Translations under genes and position numbers: made by a program
The notes under the pieces: generated by a model
What the model was told of the DNA's origin: nothing
Databases searched by the model: none
What the model saw: only the letters and a program-made list of their open reading frames with translations
NCBI GenBank assembly: GCA_047967505.1
Contig: CM106538.1
DNA: 64,000 nucleotides
Direction: 5' to 3' (one strand)
DNA from: Dipteris shenzhenensis
Taxonomy: Eukaryota
Shown: in pieces, positions 13,191-26,400 of the stretch
Layout: each line of letters begins with the position of its first letter
How positions within the stretch are numbered: the first letter of the stretch is position 1

Positions 13191-16100
13191 GTATTAAGTC
13201 CCAATAATTAAATACACCTCACTCATCGTCCCTTTTTGCTGTCGCCACATAATGAATGTGCGCTTAGAAAATTTCTCCTCCTCTAATAATAGTGCACCCC
13301 CCTTTGCTATTAATTATATTGTTTAATCACATATTATGTACGCGCGCACACACAGGTGCACATGCATATGTACATACACATACACATACAGACACATGTG
13401 CATACACACATATGCACATGATTTATACACTTTTGTGGTCCCTACCAATTGTATATAGAACTATTCCATCTCAAGATATCTATGTTATGGAATGTTTTAA
13501 ACATATAACAAATTTTCCATGCGCAAACGTTTGTATGTTATTTGGGAGTAGTTTTTATTAATGGGTGTGCACATGAGAGAGGATTGGCATTTCTTATGTT
13601 ATCTATCTCTTTCACTTATTCGTACAATCTTGTGTGTGCCCCTACATTGTGCCTTTCTCTTATCGTATTCGTGCTTGTACCTTGGCATTTGCGAACTGAT
13701 ATATGATATATTTTATGCCCCGCTTGAACACGATGGTTCATAAAACAATTATCAAGATTTGGATCAACGCATTGGGAGCGCGCATTCTTGATATGACTCG
13801 GTAGTCGTTAGAATAGCTCCTTGGCGTGCCGTGTACAACTCGGCATGCTTACAGAAGGGATGACTGTCAAAAGCGTCTTTGATTCTTTTGAAATGGTGCA
13901 ACATGTGGGTTTGCCATATTTGCGAGGCTCTCTTTTCGTTTCGTTGTAAGCATCGTCTTTCTATCGGGGATCGAATTTGTCGGTGTGAAAGACATATCGG
14001 TAATTGCATTGCAGCAAAGCAGCCTCAAACCAGCGCAGCAGCATGCACGACTCTAAGCGGTGGCAATATCTAATGCCTGCAGTGCTGCACTCACAGGGAT
14101 TTGCCCGCATCTGGGGTCAGGCAAAGAGCATTTTGCAAAGCCCACCCACTGAAAAGTCCAAGAACAGGTAGCGTAAAAGAAAAAGAGATGGCGGAGCAGA
14201 ATGGAGTCTGACACAAACCGATTAGAGTAATGAAGAGTGATGGGAAGGAGGATGCAGTGAATGTATGTATATGTAAATACGTCAGGCGAGGAGATGGAGG
14301 CCCGATGTGAGATATATTCGTCGTGATGGTTGAGAAATGGCAATTGTTTCGTGCATGGTGATGTTGTCGAGTGAATGAGAGCGTGGGAGTTTGTTTCATG
14401 TAGAATTGGAGGATACCGAAATCTGATATAATCGAAGTTTATCGAACTTTTGAAAGGTATGGCGTGGTGCTTGGCGATGTCGGGTACCTGGGAAGCTGAG
14501 TGTGTCTGTTGACGGACCGTTTCAATGGGATTCGTCGTCGTCCATTGTTTTCGTTTTTTGGAAGCGACCACGCCGGCAGATTCGCAAGACTTGGCAGCCA
14601 AACCCACGCCTCACACCCAGCATTTGCTCCGCCGGAATCGGAATCTCCAAGATCCCTGCCTGCCCTTATCACGAATTTTCAGTCTTCATCTCTCTCTATC
14701 ACACCTTTTCATGCGCATTCCTGGTTGCAACAAATTCACTCGCTCAATCTCACATGCTTGCTAAAACTTTTTTGGCGTAAAAAGGAGACTTCATATTTAT
14801 ATTACTACATAAAAGATTTGCAACCGCAAGGGTTTCAATTGCAATTGATTTGGACAAGATTTGCAAATTGATTTGGAGAGACATTTGCAACCCCTCCAAA
14901 TTTATTTGACAAAGATCACGAGCCCCTCTATGCCTTCGGCTAATTCGTATTCTGCCTAGGTTGTTGGATGTTGGTGCTGCTCGCATGCACCATGCCTATT
15001 GCAGAGTGGACGAATTTGCGAGATCACGGCATGGCCTTCGGTTGGACCTATGAGTTTTCTTAGCGGTCTTCAGAGCGTCAATCACCTCTCCCTCCATCGT
15101 CGCCCCGTTCTCCCCTCTCCATCTTTTCCAGCTTTATCAAACAACCTCTCTTACTCATGATTTCCTCAACCACACCTCCAGACCCATGGAGACCTATGTC
15201 CTTGAACTATTCTTGTTTTCACATGGGTTGCCAACCTTCCATAGAGAGCCCAAATGCACAGGACTCACACATATGCTTTCACACCTTTTGTACTCTTCCC
15301 ATGACACCATAAAGTCTACGAGGTAAGAAGCAAAATCGACTTCAAACTTGGCATTATCTTGCGCACGTTCTTGAAATGTATGTCTTGATGATATGATCAC
15401 AATGCTCAGATCACCACAGTTTTCTATGACTCTTGTTGCTCTGAGGAAGGGCTCATGAGGAAGCCATTGATGAGCTTCCTAGGTTCATCTCTGCTATGCT
15501 GAAATTTTGCCATGGTCATCGTCACATACAACACTTAGAGGAAACCCATCTCATAGAAGAATTGATGCTCCTATCTACAATCGATGATGAGTTTGTCAAT
15601 GTCCAATCTTTATTGAGGTGGTACAATTCATCGTCGCCCACGTAAGATATTTGCAAAACTCTCTTCCTAAGTGATGTGAGGTCTAGTGTGCCTTTTGTTT
15701 TGACGTTATCGTCGCTACTTGGATCGAAGAGCTGGGCGTTGTTCTCGATGTCCTCCATTTTGTTAAAGGCGTCCATGCTTGAGGAAAGGCCCCATGATTT
15801 AGCCTATGAGAGCAGAGAGGAGACTAGGATGGGGAGGCTGATGGCAGCAACGCTTGCAATAAGGGCAAGGGGGTTGAGCAGGATGAAAGCAAATATCGAC
15901 GCTAAGTCAAGGTTGACGAAAAGGGTGGGAGAAGTAGGAAGGGAGATATTGATTTAGGAGAGAGCATACACGGAGACATCACTTGAGGCTCTAAAGTAGA
16001 AGGAGGAGAGTGGCCATGGCTATGTATCAGTGACGAGGGAGATTTAGAGCATTGAGTAAGCCTCTTGAAGAACGGCACCCCGTGGACTGTGTTATTAGGC

Positions 16101-16299
16101 TTCCTCATTCAGATTGGGTTTGTTTTCATGCCTTTTTTTTTTTAAAAAGATGGTTGACTTGCCGACTTTTATTAAAGGGTGGGGGGAACCACCACCAAAA
16201 AGAACCCCCTAGATGCAAAACAGAAAAGGCTCAGTAAAGGGGCAAATTGCCCAGAGCCCACACTGCCGAAGTAGTTTGGTAAAACAAGATGACCCCTAA

Positions 16300-16925
16300 A
16301 TGAGATGAAGTCCTACATCTCTCAAAGAACGTGGGTTTTGCCCTTATGTACAATGACTGTGAAGTCGAATTCTAGCAGGATCAGCATCCGTCTAGTGATG
16401 TGTCCCCTCGGGGGGGTAACTATGTATAAACCCTCTATATCACGTGCGTTCAAGGCCTATTTTTAAAATCCTGTATTTGTAAAATTTTCATTAATTAAAT
16501 GTACCCCTTTTCTATACAAATCTGCAATTTTTTCCCAAAACTATTTTAAATAGTCCCTTATGTATATTTATTTCTGTAAATTTTAGAAATAAAAAATATG
16601 CTTCTCTTGAACTCACATGATAGGGTTACATACGATGAGTGACCCCCCCGAGTGTGTCCCGTCATGCAAGGTTTGTTGACCAAGTATAGCAATGCTTGAT
16701 GGTCCACAAAGAAGACAAACTTGTTAGCTAACAAGTAGTGCCTGAACTTCTTTATTGCATAGACCATGGCTAGACTCTCTCTCTCGGTGGTAGTATAGTT
16801 AACCTCGGCCTCATTTAGTTGACGGCTCGCAAAATATACTGGGTATTCTAAATTATGCTTCCTAGGTTGGGCTAACACACATCCAATGGCAAAGTTAGAG
16901 GCATCAATGTGCAACATGGAAAGGG
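16300..16925 (-). mobile_element. Gypsy RNase H fragment interrupted by a MITE
   Basis: LHIDASNFAIGCVLAQ...YFASRQLNEAEVNYTTTERESLAMVYAIKKFRHYL...DHQALLYLVNKP. After removing the MITE and one TSD copy the frame continues GHITRRMLILLEFDFTVIVHKGKTHV. Confidence 0.9.
16407..16652. mobile_element. 246-bp MITE with TIRs and 8-bp TSD
   Basis: TSD TGTGTCCC at 16399-16406 and 16653-16660. Termini CTCGGGGGGGT... / ...ACCCCCCCGAG, with ~45 bp of imperfect inverted similarity. Confidence 0.92.
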
Positions 16926-16933
16926 GGAAGAAA

Positions 16934-16936
<3 letters not shown>

Positions 16937-16976
<40 letters not shown>
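16937..16976. repeat. (GA)n microsatellite
   Basis: Directly visible. Confidence 0.95.
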
Positions 16977-16981
<5 letters not shown>

Positions 16982-18684
16982 GTGTGGCTCCACACAGCTG
17001 GAATCCCTTTAAAAAATGAGCTTTAGAAATGCCCATCGGCTTCACTTAAGCCTCCATATATGGCAGGCCAAAAAAATAGGAAATTCAATTGATTACACCC
17101 TCCCTGCGTTCACTAAGCTCTCCTATGAAATTAGGCAATTCAGCCAAAGTTATTAATATGTGGCTTGATCTCGAAAATGTTCAAAGTGGTAGCCAATGTG
17201 AGTCTCCCTTTGCCCATAAAATGTCTTCTGGCCTAATTGCCGCAACTTCTTCACCATTGTCCGAAATTCGGCCCCCGATCTCTGCCAGAATATCTGAGCG
17301 TAATCTCCTCAAAAGTGTCGTTCTCTGTTTATGAGCTTCGAAATTCGAATCCTCGTTCTCGAAATAGACGATTATTTGACAAATCTACCAGTAATAGAAA
17401 TGCGATCGTTTTGAAACCTTCAAACGTTTCAAAAGAAGCGTGCGCGTAGCGTCTCGCCGGTGCGACACCCTCGAATCTTGCCGTGATAACAGGATCTTTC
17501 TTCCCCTGTTCTAATTCAAACTTCAAACTTCTAAAAGTTCTATTTTTTGTCCGGTTCAAACTTCAGATTCCATACGTTCTATTTGTGCCCAGGGCTAAAT
17601 TGACCCGTCACACGGTCATAATGACCTCTTATGATCAGCCACGTGTGATTTTATGGGCGAAAGTGTACAAGCTAAAAGCTACCTCAAGGAAATATGATTA
17701 AAATATGTTCTAATCTCTACTAATACCCTTCGAATTTCTTTAAAACCCTCAAGACGTGGCTTAATTAACGTAGGTGAAATGATGAACATATGTAATTGTA
17801 AAAAAACACAGACAATGAGATAAAAGAACTACTGGAACACACGAGGCAATGCTAATCAAAAGGATGTTAGAAGCACTCTTCAATAAGCAACAAAACTAAA
17901 TCCGGTTAGCGCCTTTGTTGATAAAAGGTGAGGGAGACTCTCTTGAAAATCTCCATTGACAAATTGGAAAGCCACTCTCGGCTATCGTTTCGTTGTGAAC
18001 CTTGATGTAGAATCTAGGCAGTCTACATGCATTTCAACTCACAAAGGTTTTCGAGATTATAACTAAAGCATAGACAACATATAATTGCAAAAATGAGATT
18101 CTTGTGTAAAATTAAGAATTTGCAATCTCGTTGTGGAAACGGTGAGATTATTATCCTGCAATACTATCATTATGATAGGCACTTAGAATAAGTAAATGCT
18201 CGAGTAGTTCATCCTTGCCTACGTTACATAGATGTGAGCATCTCAAACAGCATGACCTCTATAATGCTGATCGATGTTTTAAGTATATGACTGTGTTACA
18301 TAAGTGTAGAGCTCCATCATCAAATGGGACCATCAAACAACATGGCCTCCCTTTTGCCAATAACCAAAGGGGCTAATAACCTTGCAAGTCTCTCTATTCA
18401 CATGTTGTACCCTTTAGGAACTTGATGACTATTGAATGGCAGATCGAACAAGACTCCAATAATTGCTCAACCTTTGGAAAATCCCCAAGAGAGGGTGGGC
18501 ATGATATTTATTGTTATGATTGGCTATAAGTTTTGCTTGTAGTGATAGTATGTAAGGTTGGGTTCACACTAGGTGCCCAGCCAGGGAGGAGAGAAGGACA
18601 TGGAAGGGTGGCCAAGCGGGGTGTGTGGTTCACACGAGCAAGTATATGTTTTTATAAATGGACTTCCACATTAGTTGCAACATC

Positions 18685-18775
18685 TTGTGGTTGGCCTAGT
18701 GGAAGGTAGATACTTTGTGGGATAGCGGGTTCAAATCAGATACTTTGTGGGATAGCGGGTTCAAATCCCAATCAG
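18685..18775 (+). mobile_element. tRNA-derived SINE-like head with duplicated B box
   Basis: A-box-like TGGCCTAGTGG (18692-18702), B-box GGTTCAAATCCC (18758-18769), and a 30-bp direct duplication at 18708-18737 / 18738-18767. Confidence 0.5.
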
Positions 18776-19487
18776 TGCATTCTGCACCAAGGTTCTTTCC
18801 ATCTACTCACTCCCTTCCCATGGCGGACACCTTCTCTTTTGGAGGATGTCTAGGCACATGCCGACTCTGTGATTGGACCAACGTAAACCAAGCTCCTGTT
18901 TTTCTTTTTTGCACGATGGGTGGGCAAGTGGTGTGACCGGCGGACCCTGAGGTGAGAGAGGTGGGAGGGGGGGTTGTGTGTGGAGGAATGAATGTCTAAT
19001 CAAATGCTAACATAAAGATGGAAGGTTCGGAAGCTTTGACAAGCAAGGCCAAGAGTGAAAGAAATGGGGGGAAGAAAAATTGGGAAGGGCACAAGATTCC
19101 AACATGGGAGTTGAACAAGGGAGAGGAAGGTGATGAAAGGGTACGACTTTGAAAAGCATAGCACGCATCCACTTAAGTGAGATGAGGGAGAGTTCAAGAC
19201 TCTGTGCAAAGCTGCATCTCTTATATAGGCTCTGTCAAAACCAAAGCAAAGCTCTAAAAGCATCCTATGACTGACTATACAAGCTCTTCCCAAAGTCTAG
19301 ACTGATCCAAAGCAAAGCTGGCTCTCATCCTCTTTGCAGAGCCCTTGTGTCTGACTATGAGAGTTGGGTGATTGTGTGTGATTGCAGAGGTGCAAGAGCT
19401 GTGAGAGGTTGGATGATAGAATGTTGATAAAGCTTGGAGCTTGCAGTGAAAGAAGAAGAAGAAGAAGAAGAAGAAGAAGAAACAGAG

Positions 19488-21095
19488 ATGGAGAGATGGG
19501 AGATAACTCTTGCAATTGCACTGCCTTGTTCTGTAGCCATACTCTTCTTCTTCTTCATCATCTTCTATCTTCGAATCAGAGCTTCTTCTTCTTCTTCTTC
19601 TTCTTCTCCACCTCCTTCTGATCATCATCCCAAACTCACCCTCTTCTCTGCTGTCGTCCACCACTCTGCTTCCCGCCATAGCTCTCGTGTTGCTTCCGCT
19701 TGGCGCTCCTCTTACCCCATCAAACCTTTCTCTTGGTCTCACCACCCCTCCCTCATCTCTGATGCCGTTGAACATGGCTGGCCTTCCTTCTGCTTCTCCT
19801 TCTCCTGCTCTTCTTGCCCTCCCCCCCCCAACCTCTGGGATTTGTGCACCTCTTGCTCCCATCGCCAGGTCTCCGAGCCTGAGATCTCTTGGCAGATCGG
19901 TGGTGGTGGCTCTGATTACCTCCAGAAGATCCGGTTCCATCCTGGCTCTGGCGACCGCAAGAAGGAGAATTCTAACCCGTCCGTTCAAGCCCTGCAGACC
20001 GCCCTCCCCCTCCCTGGTCCTCCCCTCGGACCTCATTCCTTCCCCCAGGAAGGTTACTTCGAGATCACCATCTTGGCTCAAGGGCGTGAGTATAATGCCG
20101 ATGCGTCTGAGAGCTCGCTCACGGATAACGAGCACGTGAAGCTCATCTCCAAGCATTTCTTGTCTGGGAAAGATCTTGCCTCCGAGCTCGCGACCAGCTA
20201 CCCGAATCACGTGCTGGAAGAGAAGCGCCAGGGAGAGCATGAGGAGAGTCATAAGGGGACGATGGAAAACAGCGAGCTGAAGCTGGTAGAGAAATACGAC
20301 AAGCACTTCGGCAGCATCGAGTTCAGCAGGGTCACGGCGAACGATTTGATTCCGCTCACGGCAAACGATTCGATTCCGCCCAGGCGAGATCGCGCTCCTG
20401 GAGACCAATTGCAAACGATTGCTGTGGGATTGGCTGCGGGAGCGGCACCGCCATTCAGATTTCCAGGCTCTGATCCTGTATCCGTAGGCTTCCATTCCAG
20501 CGGTCGAGTGTATTTGAACGGTGAGCCAGTCGATCTCTCCATCCCTGCTCGATCAGTTTGCGCTATGCTCAAACCGTTCGCACACCGCTTACAGATTTTT
20601 GCGTTCACGCCTGCAGGTGTTCTTCATCTTCGTCAAGAACCCAAATTTCCTGCTTTGCATCGTTCTTGGGGCGCCGTCAACACAACAGTAGGCTGTGGCT
20701 TTGATCCTGCGGCGAAGAGGGTGTACTTCACGTTGAATGGGGAGTGCGTCTATGAACTCGCGACCTCTAGTACTGATTTTGGCAACCCTCTGTATCCTAC
20801 CATCGCAGCGAATTACGACGTGACAGTGCTAGCAAACTTCGGGCAGGGCTCGTTCGAATATCTTCCGGCCAATGCTGAGCGCGTTCCTGATCCCTGCTTC
20901 AGGCGAGCTTTCTCTCGGTCTGCGAAGAACGGTTCCGTCAACGAGGACAGCGGGGATCTCTTCTCCATGGGAAGGATAGACTCGCAGTGGTTTGCTGAGA
21001 TTGGATCACCTAGCTCCGAGGATCTACAGCACCGGCATGTCTTGTCGGAGGCTGAATCCGACCTGTTTGAGATTGTGTTGGACACGCGAAGCTAA
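19488..21095 (+). CDS. Membrane-anchored SPRY (B30.2)-domain protein; two exons (19488-20520, 20617-21095)
   Basis: Intact ORF with a hydrophobic N-terminal helix (ITLAIALPCSVAILFFFFIIFYL) and SPRY motifs SFPQEGYFEITIL, FPGSDPVSVGFHSSG, TVGCGFD...VYFTLNG and LYPTIAANYDVTVLANFGQ. A 96-bp in-frame GT..AG intron lies at 20521-20616. Confidence 0.9.
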   Translation: MERWEITLAIALPCSVAILFFFFIIFYLRIRASSSSSSSSPPPSDHHPKLTLFSAVVHHSASRHSSRVASAWRSSYPIKPFSWSHHPSLISDAVEHGWPSFCFSFSCSSCPPPPNLWDLCTSCSHRQVSEPEISWQIGGGGSDYLQKIRFHPGSGDRKKENSNPSVQALQTALPLPGPPLGPHSFPQEGYFEITILAQGREYNADASESSLTDNEHVKLISKHFLSGKDLASELATSYPNHVLEEKRQGEHEESHKGTMENSELKLVEKYDKHFGSIEFSRVTANDLIPLTANDSIPPRRDRAPGDQLQTIAVGLAAGAAPPFRFPGSDPVSVGFHSSGRVYLNGEPVDLSIPARSVCAMLKPFAHRLQIFAFTPAGVLHLRQEPKFPALHRSWGAVNTTVGCGFDPAAKRVYFTLNGECVYELATSSTDFGNPLYPTIAANYDVTVLANFGQGSFEYLPANAERVPDPCFRRAFSRSAKNGSVNEDSGDLFSMGRIDSQWFAEIGSPSSEDLQHRHVLSEAESDLFEIVLDTRS

Positions 21096-23492
21096 CTTAC
21101 ACTTGTCCTTCGATTCGCCACCCAGGGTAAACTTCAGCTCACGGGATTGTGCAGCGAGTTATGTTCCTTCTACTCATGGGTGCGCCTGACCTCCATCGTC
21201 TCGCTGGTATCGGATGCTATCGTGGGTACATAGAGCTTGATACCAAATGTCTGTGCTGCTAGCCAGACTAACGAAATATCGTCCCATATAACTTATGGAA
21301 ACATTCTTCTGTAACGTTTGTGGTATCCTCATCTCCGAGCCAGAATCGTACCTTGTGCCTACTTGTCAGAAACTGCGTGCGCATCTCAAAAGAAGATATT
21401 CAGTCTTTGTAGGAGCCTTTCGAACTCGTGTTCGGCAGAAAGCTTTCCCGAGGCGAGGTTTTGGATAAAACATTGAGCTCTGAGGTGGAGAAGAAATTCC
21501 TCCGTCGGCCGGCTGAATTTTGCGACTTGGAATGTTGGAATCAGTGTTGCTGTAAACGAGGCTTTATATAAAAGATTGCTCGAGTTCCTGCCTTGACGAA
21601 CAACAGAAACACAAGTTCCTGGACAGATGTGGAATGCTTTTGCTAGTGTAGTAATGGGACCTCAAACTATTGTATTTTGTTGAGGGCTCACTAGGATCCA
21701 ACACTGTTTACTCTCGTCAATGCTTAATGTACCCATTTTCTGAGATCTTTTACAAAAACCTTTTTTTTTGCCTCACAGTCCTACAGGTCTTGATTCCAGA
21801 TTATGCAACGAAGCCCGTAATTTTTTGATCGTCGAATCTTTCTCCACTTACCAAGGGTGGATATTATTTCATAGCTGTAACAGATATTGGCGATTGCTCT
21901 TCTTCTTAGAAGAGCAGAGACCCAGGCTCCTCACAAGTCAATGGATTGAATATCCTATATACTAAGGTTTTGATAGGAGTTTTCCATTTCATCTCACTCA
22001 GCGCGTGCGAAGACCTTTTTTGTCAAGAAATTTTGTGAAGGTTTGAAAAGTCCAGTAAGTATACTGTTGGTTTCATCATTTACTTCTAAAAACTATTCTT
22101 ATGTGAAAACTCTTCTTGGCTTGATTTGGGTCTTATGAGTAACCCATAAGAGATCTGGTTCACGTGAATTCCTCCTCCATGTAGGCAATGACTTGCAAGA
22201 ATTGACATGACCTGATTGATATACATGGCAGCTTCAGTTTTGCAGATTGATTTAGGTTCCGGGTATCTCCCAACGTTGGTTGGGAGTTCACAGTTTCGCC
22301 CTAAAATATAGATGTTAATTCTACAAGTTGATGAACTAGAGCTACAAGGTTTTCAACCGTGTGCGCTGGATCAACAAAACACACTTGAATCAGGCTCATG
22401 AGATTTTGGCAAACATAATTTCAATAAGGGTTTACTTTTTATTATAGCTCTATTCGTTACTGTCATCCGTTTAGCATTGGGACTAGACAGATAGAGTTGA
22501 ATTTGTTAGGATTGCCAAGATTCCCCTACTTTTCAGACATACCAGAGGTTAAGGTCCTTTTTAGTCTGAGCACACACTAACAAAACACTTTAATTATTCG
22601 AATGTCATTGCCCAGTTTTGGGTTTGTTAACCTTCGTTCATAAAGATAAACTGGTTGTTTCGAGTTCTTTTATCTTCGACCACACCTTTGCTTCTTGGTC
22701 TCTCTCTTTAAAAAATAACGGAAGTTTACAGTTACAAATTCGCTTATTACTGGTCAGTGGTAATGAGATGGAGACTGGAATGAGTGAACATCACAATATG
22801 GAGCCAAGTTCGTACATTAACCATAGTCCAAAAAGCTGAGCAGAGTGAGGTGAGCCTCTTCTCTTGTTTTGCTGTTTTCAAACATATCACAGGTAGAGCC
22901 TTTGAAAAAGGGTAGAGAGTGATAAGCTCCCGTTCTTCATCAGGATATAAGATGTGTATGTGCACACCCACCAAACTAAAAAATACTCAAGTAAGATTTG
23001 TCAACAAATAGAATGTACTTGGAAATCAGCCACAGAAAATCAGATGCATCCAGAAAGCAGATGGGTTCGGCCATTTGGAATGCTGAGGGATGGTAGTGAC
23101 CGGATTCTGGCACATTGCAGATGTATATGTTTGTGAACCAAGTAAAATCTCCGGGATTGTACAGGGTGAACCAGAGATGGGCTGTCAAATTTCAAGAAGT
23201 TCTCAGGTAGCCTCTCAATTAGGCCAAAGGCTGTAGGAATTGCTGAAGTGAGAGGATGCCATGTCAGAAGATGCTAATTCCGGATGACCGAGTTCTTTCC
23301 TAAAAGGCTTGATCGTTGACCCATCACATTTAAAAATCTTTGTTCAATATTCTGGCAAAAGGAATGGCTCTCCGGGAGCAAAATGGTTTTATCAAAGGAT
23401 GGGACATATCTGAAACCCTACAAAATGTGACACTTGCTATTAACTTTGCAGTAGACTCTAATGCTTCAGCTATTGTTTTTATTGAATGTGGA

Positions 23493-26400
23493 TGTTAGAA
23501 TCTCACTGCGCCCACCTGTGAGCCCCCGATTTGAGGGGACAAGGGGAAGTGAGAGGTAGTAGGGCCGGGCAGAGACCTAGGCAGGTATAAGGGGGCTCTA
23601 GGCCTCACATGGAGGCACCAGCAGCAGCACAGACTGGCCACCCAGGGCACCCTTATATAGGGGCCTGTGGCTGGCCAAGTTGGCCCAACCAGGGCCACCA
23701 ACCAGGGCCAACCCTGGTTGGTTTATGGGGCCCTAAGGTCGGCCACCAGACAGGGTAACCGACCCTGCTGGTCGGTCATTTGAAGGGGCCTGGGCAGAGC
23801 CTATAAAAGGCCCACTTCTGCATTCAGTCCAGCATCCAGTGCATCACAGAAAGCCCTTCTCCAAGGCAGTGTTCAGCACTCAGATCTGGGACAGTTTTGT
23901 GTGAGAGAGTTCATCAGTTTTCTCCAGCACCCTGCTGTGATTTGTATTGCTCCCTTGGAGCCATTTTCTGCCCACCATCCGGTGGATGAATATACTCTCT
24001 CTCTCTATCTATATTTGCTGTTACTTCTGAGTGTGTGTTTGTTGCATCTGTGATCATCTATCTAAGTTGAGTGTGTAAGAGTTGGAGAGATCTTGGGTGG
24101 ACGATTGAGTGATTCATTCCCTCATTTCTAACATGGTATCAGAGCGATAGGCTCTCAACTTTTCTTCATCAAAGCACTCTCTGAAAGGAGTCCCTTGGTA
24201 GGCTTTACAATCTTGATATGTGCAGGAACTATGCTAGTTTTGAATAGCCAAAATAATGATTTTACAATATGAAAGTTGGTAGCATTCCTTTCATTACGAC
24301 CGTGAGAGAGAAGGATATCTCTGGAGTACTTTATGTACCCAACCTTTGCAAAAACTTACTGTCTGTAAGTCAGATGGACAAGAACAACATGTCAGTTCTC
24401 TCTTTGAGGACGGTAAGGTTACCATGACATCCAAAGCAAATGGACAGATGCTGGCCCAAGAAGTCCAAGAAAACACACACTGTACTGCCTCAGTGCAACG
24501 TTGGTTCATGGAGACAACGTGAAGTCCAAACTTTGGCATGAGCGCTTCGGTCATGTCAGCTATGGAACCTTGGCTGAAATGTCAAAGTCGAAGATGGTGG
24601 ATGGACTTCCACCCATTACAGGCAATGATGGTGTCTATAGGGCTTGTCTAGAAGGCAAGCAGCACAGGGACGACTTCCCACAAGAGACCTCATTTCGGGC
24701 CAACAAACAACTTGAGTTGGTTCATGCCGACATTTGTGGTCAAAGGAATTCAAGATGTCAGAGGATGCAGACCGAAAGAAGAAAATGAAGTGCTTTTACT
24801 GTGAAAAGCTTGGCCACTCTACCAAAGAATGCTGAAAGAAGGCAGCGGATCATAAGCGGAAGAGAGAAGCCAAGATCAAAGAAGAGCCTAAGAATGATTC
24901 TGCCAACGTGACGAGAGGACAATTGTTTTTAATTAGTGAACATTGTTCAGTGTATACAGTCAGTAAAGGAAAAGAGGGTTGGTATGTTGATAGCGGAGCT
25001 TCAAAGCACATGTCTAACAGAAAGACTTGGTTCAAAACCATGGAAAGTACACACCTGGATTCCAAAGTTTCTATCGGGGAAAGCTGGACATGTCTTGTGA
25101 AGGGCATTGGTAGCATTCCTTTCATTACGACCGCGGGAGATAAGGATATCTTGGAGTACTTTATGTACCCAACCTTTGCAAAAACTTAAAGTTTCTGTCG
25201 GGGATAGCCAGACATGTCTTTTGAAGGGCATTAGTAGCATTCCTTTCATTACGACCGCGGGAGATAAGGATATCTCTGGAGTACTTTATGTACCCAACCT
25301 TTGCAAAAAATTACTGTCTATAAGTCAGATGGACAAGAACAACATGTCAGTTCTCTTTGAGGACGGTAAGGTCACCGTGACATCCAAAGCAAATGGACAG
25401 ATGGTGGCCCAAGGACTCGAAGAAAACGGACTGTACCGCCTTAGTGCAATGTTGGTTCATGGAGACAACGTGAAGTCCAAACTTTGGCATGAGTGCTTCG
25501 GTCACGTCAGCTATGGAAACTTGGCTGAAATGTCAAAGTCGAAGATGGTGGATGGACTTCCACCCATTACATGCAATGATGGTGGCTATAGGGCTTGTCT
25601 AGGAGGCAAGCAGCACAAGGACAAGTTCCCACAAGAGGCCTCGTTTTGGGCTAGCAAACCACTTGAGTTGGTTTATGCCAACATTTGTGGCCCAATGTCT
25701 ACAGCATCGTGGGCAGGATTCAGGTACTCACTTCTTTTTGTGGATGATTTCAATAGAATGACCTAGGTGTATTACTGCGCTAAAAAGTCACAGGCTTTCG
25801 AGAAATTCAAGGACTAGAAGGCCAGAGTTGAAAAGGAGACGGGGGAGAATGTCAAGATGTTCCATATAGAGAGGGGGGAGAATTCACCTCTGATGAGTTC
25901 AACACATTTTGTCGCAAGCTTGGGATCAAGTGACAACTCACCATATCACGTACATCTTGGCAGAATGGACTAGCTGAGAGGAAGCACAAAACCACCATGG
26001 AGACAGGGCTTGCTATGATATGAGCGAGGAACCTTTCTAAAGCCTATTGGAGTGAAGCTGTCAATAGAGTAGTACACATCCTCAATAGGACCAAGACGAA
26101 GGCCGCTAAGGACAAGACTCCATATGAGGCGTTTTATGGTAAGAAGCCCTCTATCACTCATCTTTGCATGTTTTGTTCTAACGCATGGGTACATGTGCAC
26201 AAGGAAGAGAGGACCAAGCTTGATTCTTGGAGCAGAAAATGTACCTTTGTTGGGTATAGTGAAGAATCTAAGGCCTATCGACTCTTCGACCCAGTAAAGA
26301 AGAATATCCTTATCAAACGGGATGTCATCTTCAAGGAAAAGGAATCTGAACCCCAGGAGGAGCCTCAAGTTGAGGAGGAGAAGATTATTCAATCCCCGAA

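Noticed and set aside
13750-16150. Possible gene or LINE ORF1 fragments
   Set aside because: Short ORFs in both directions with no recognisable domain or consistent splice structure.
19275-20495. 406-aa antisense ORF overlapping the SPRY gene
   Set aside because: Shadow ORF of a GC-rich coding strand, with no recognisable motifs.
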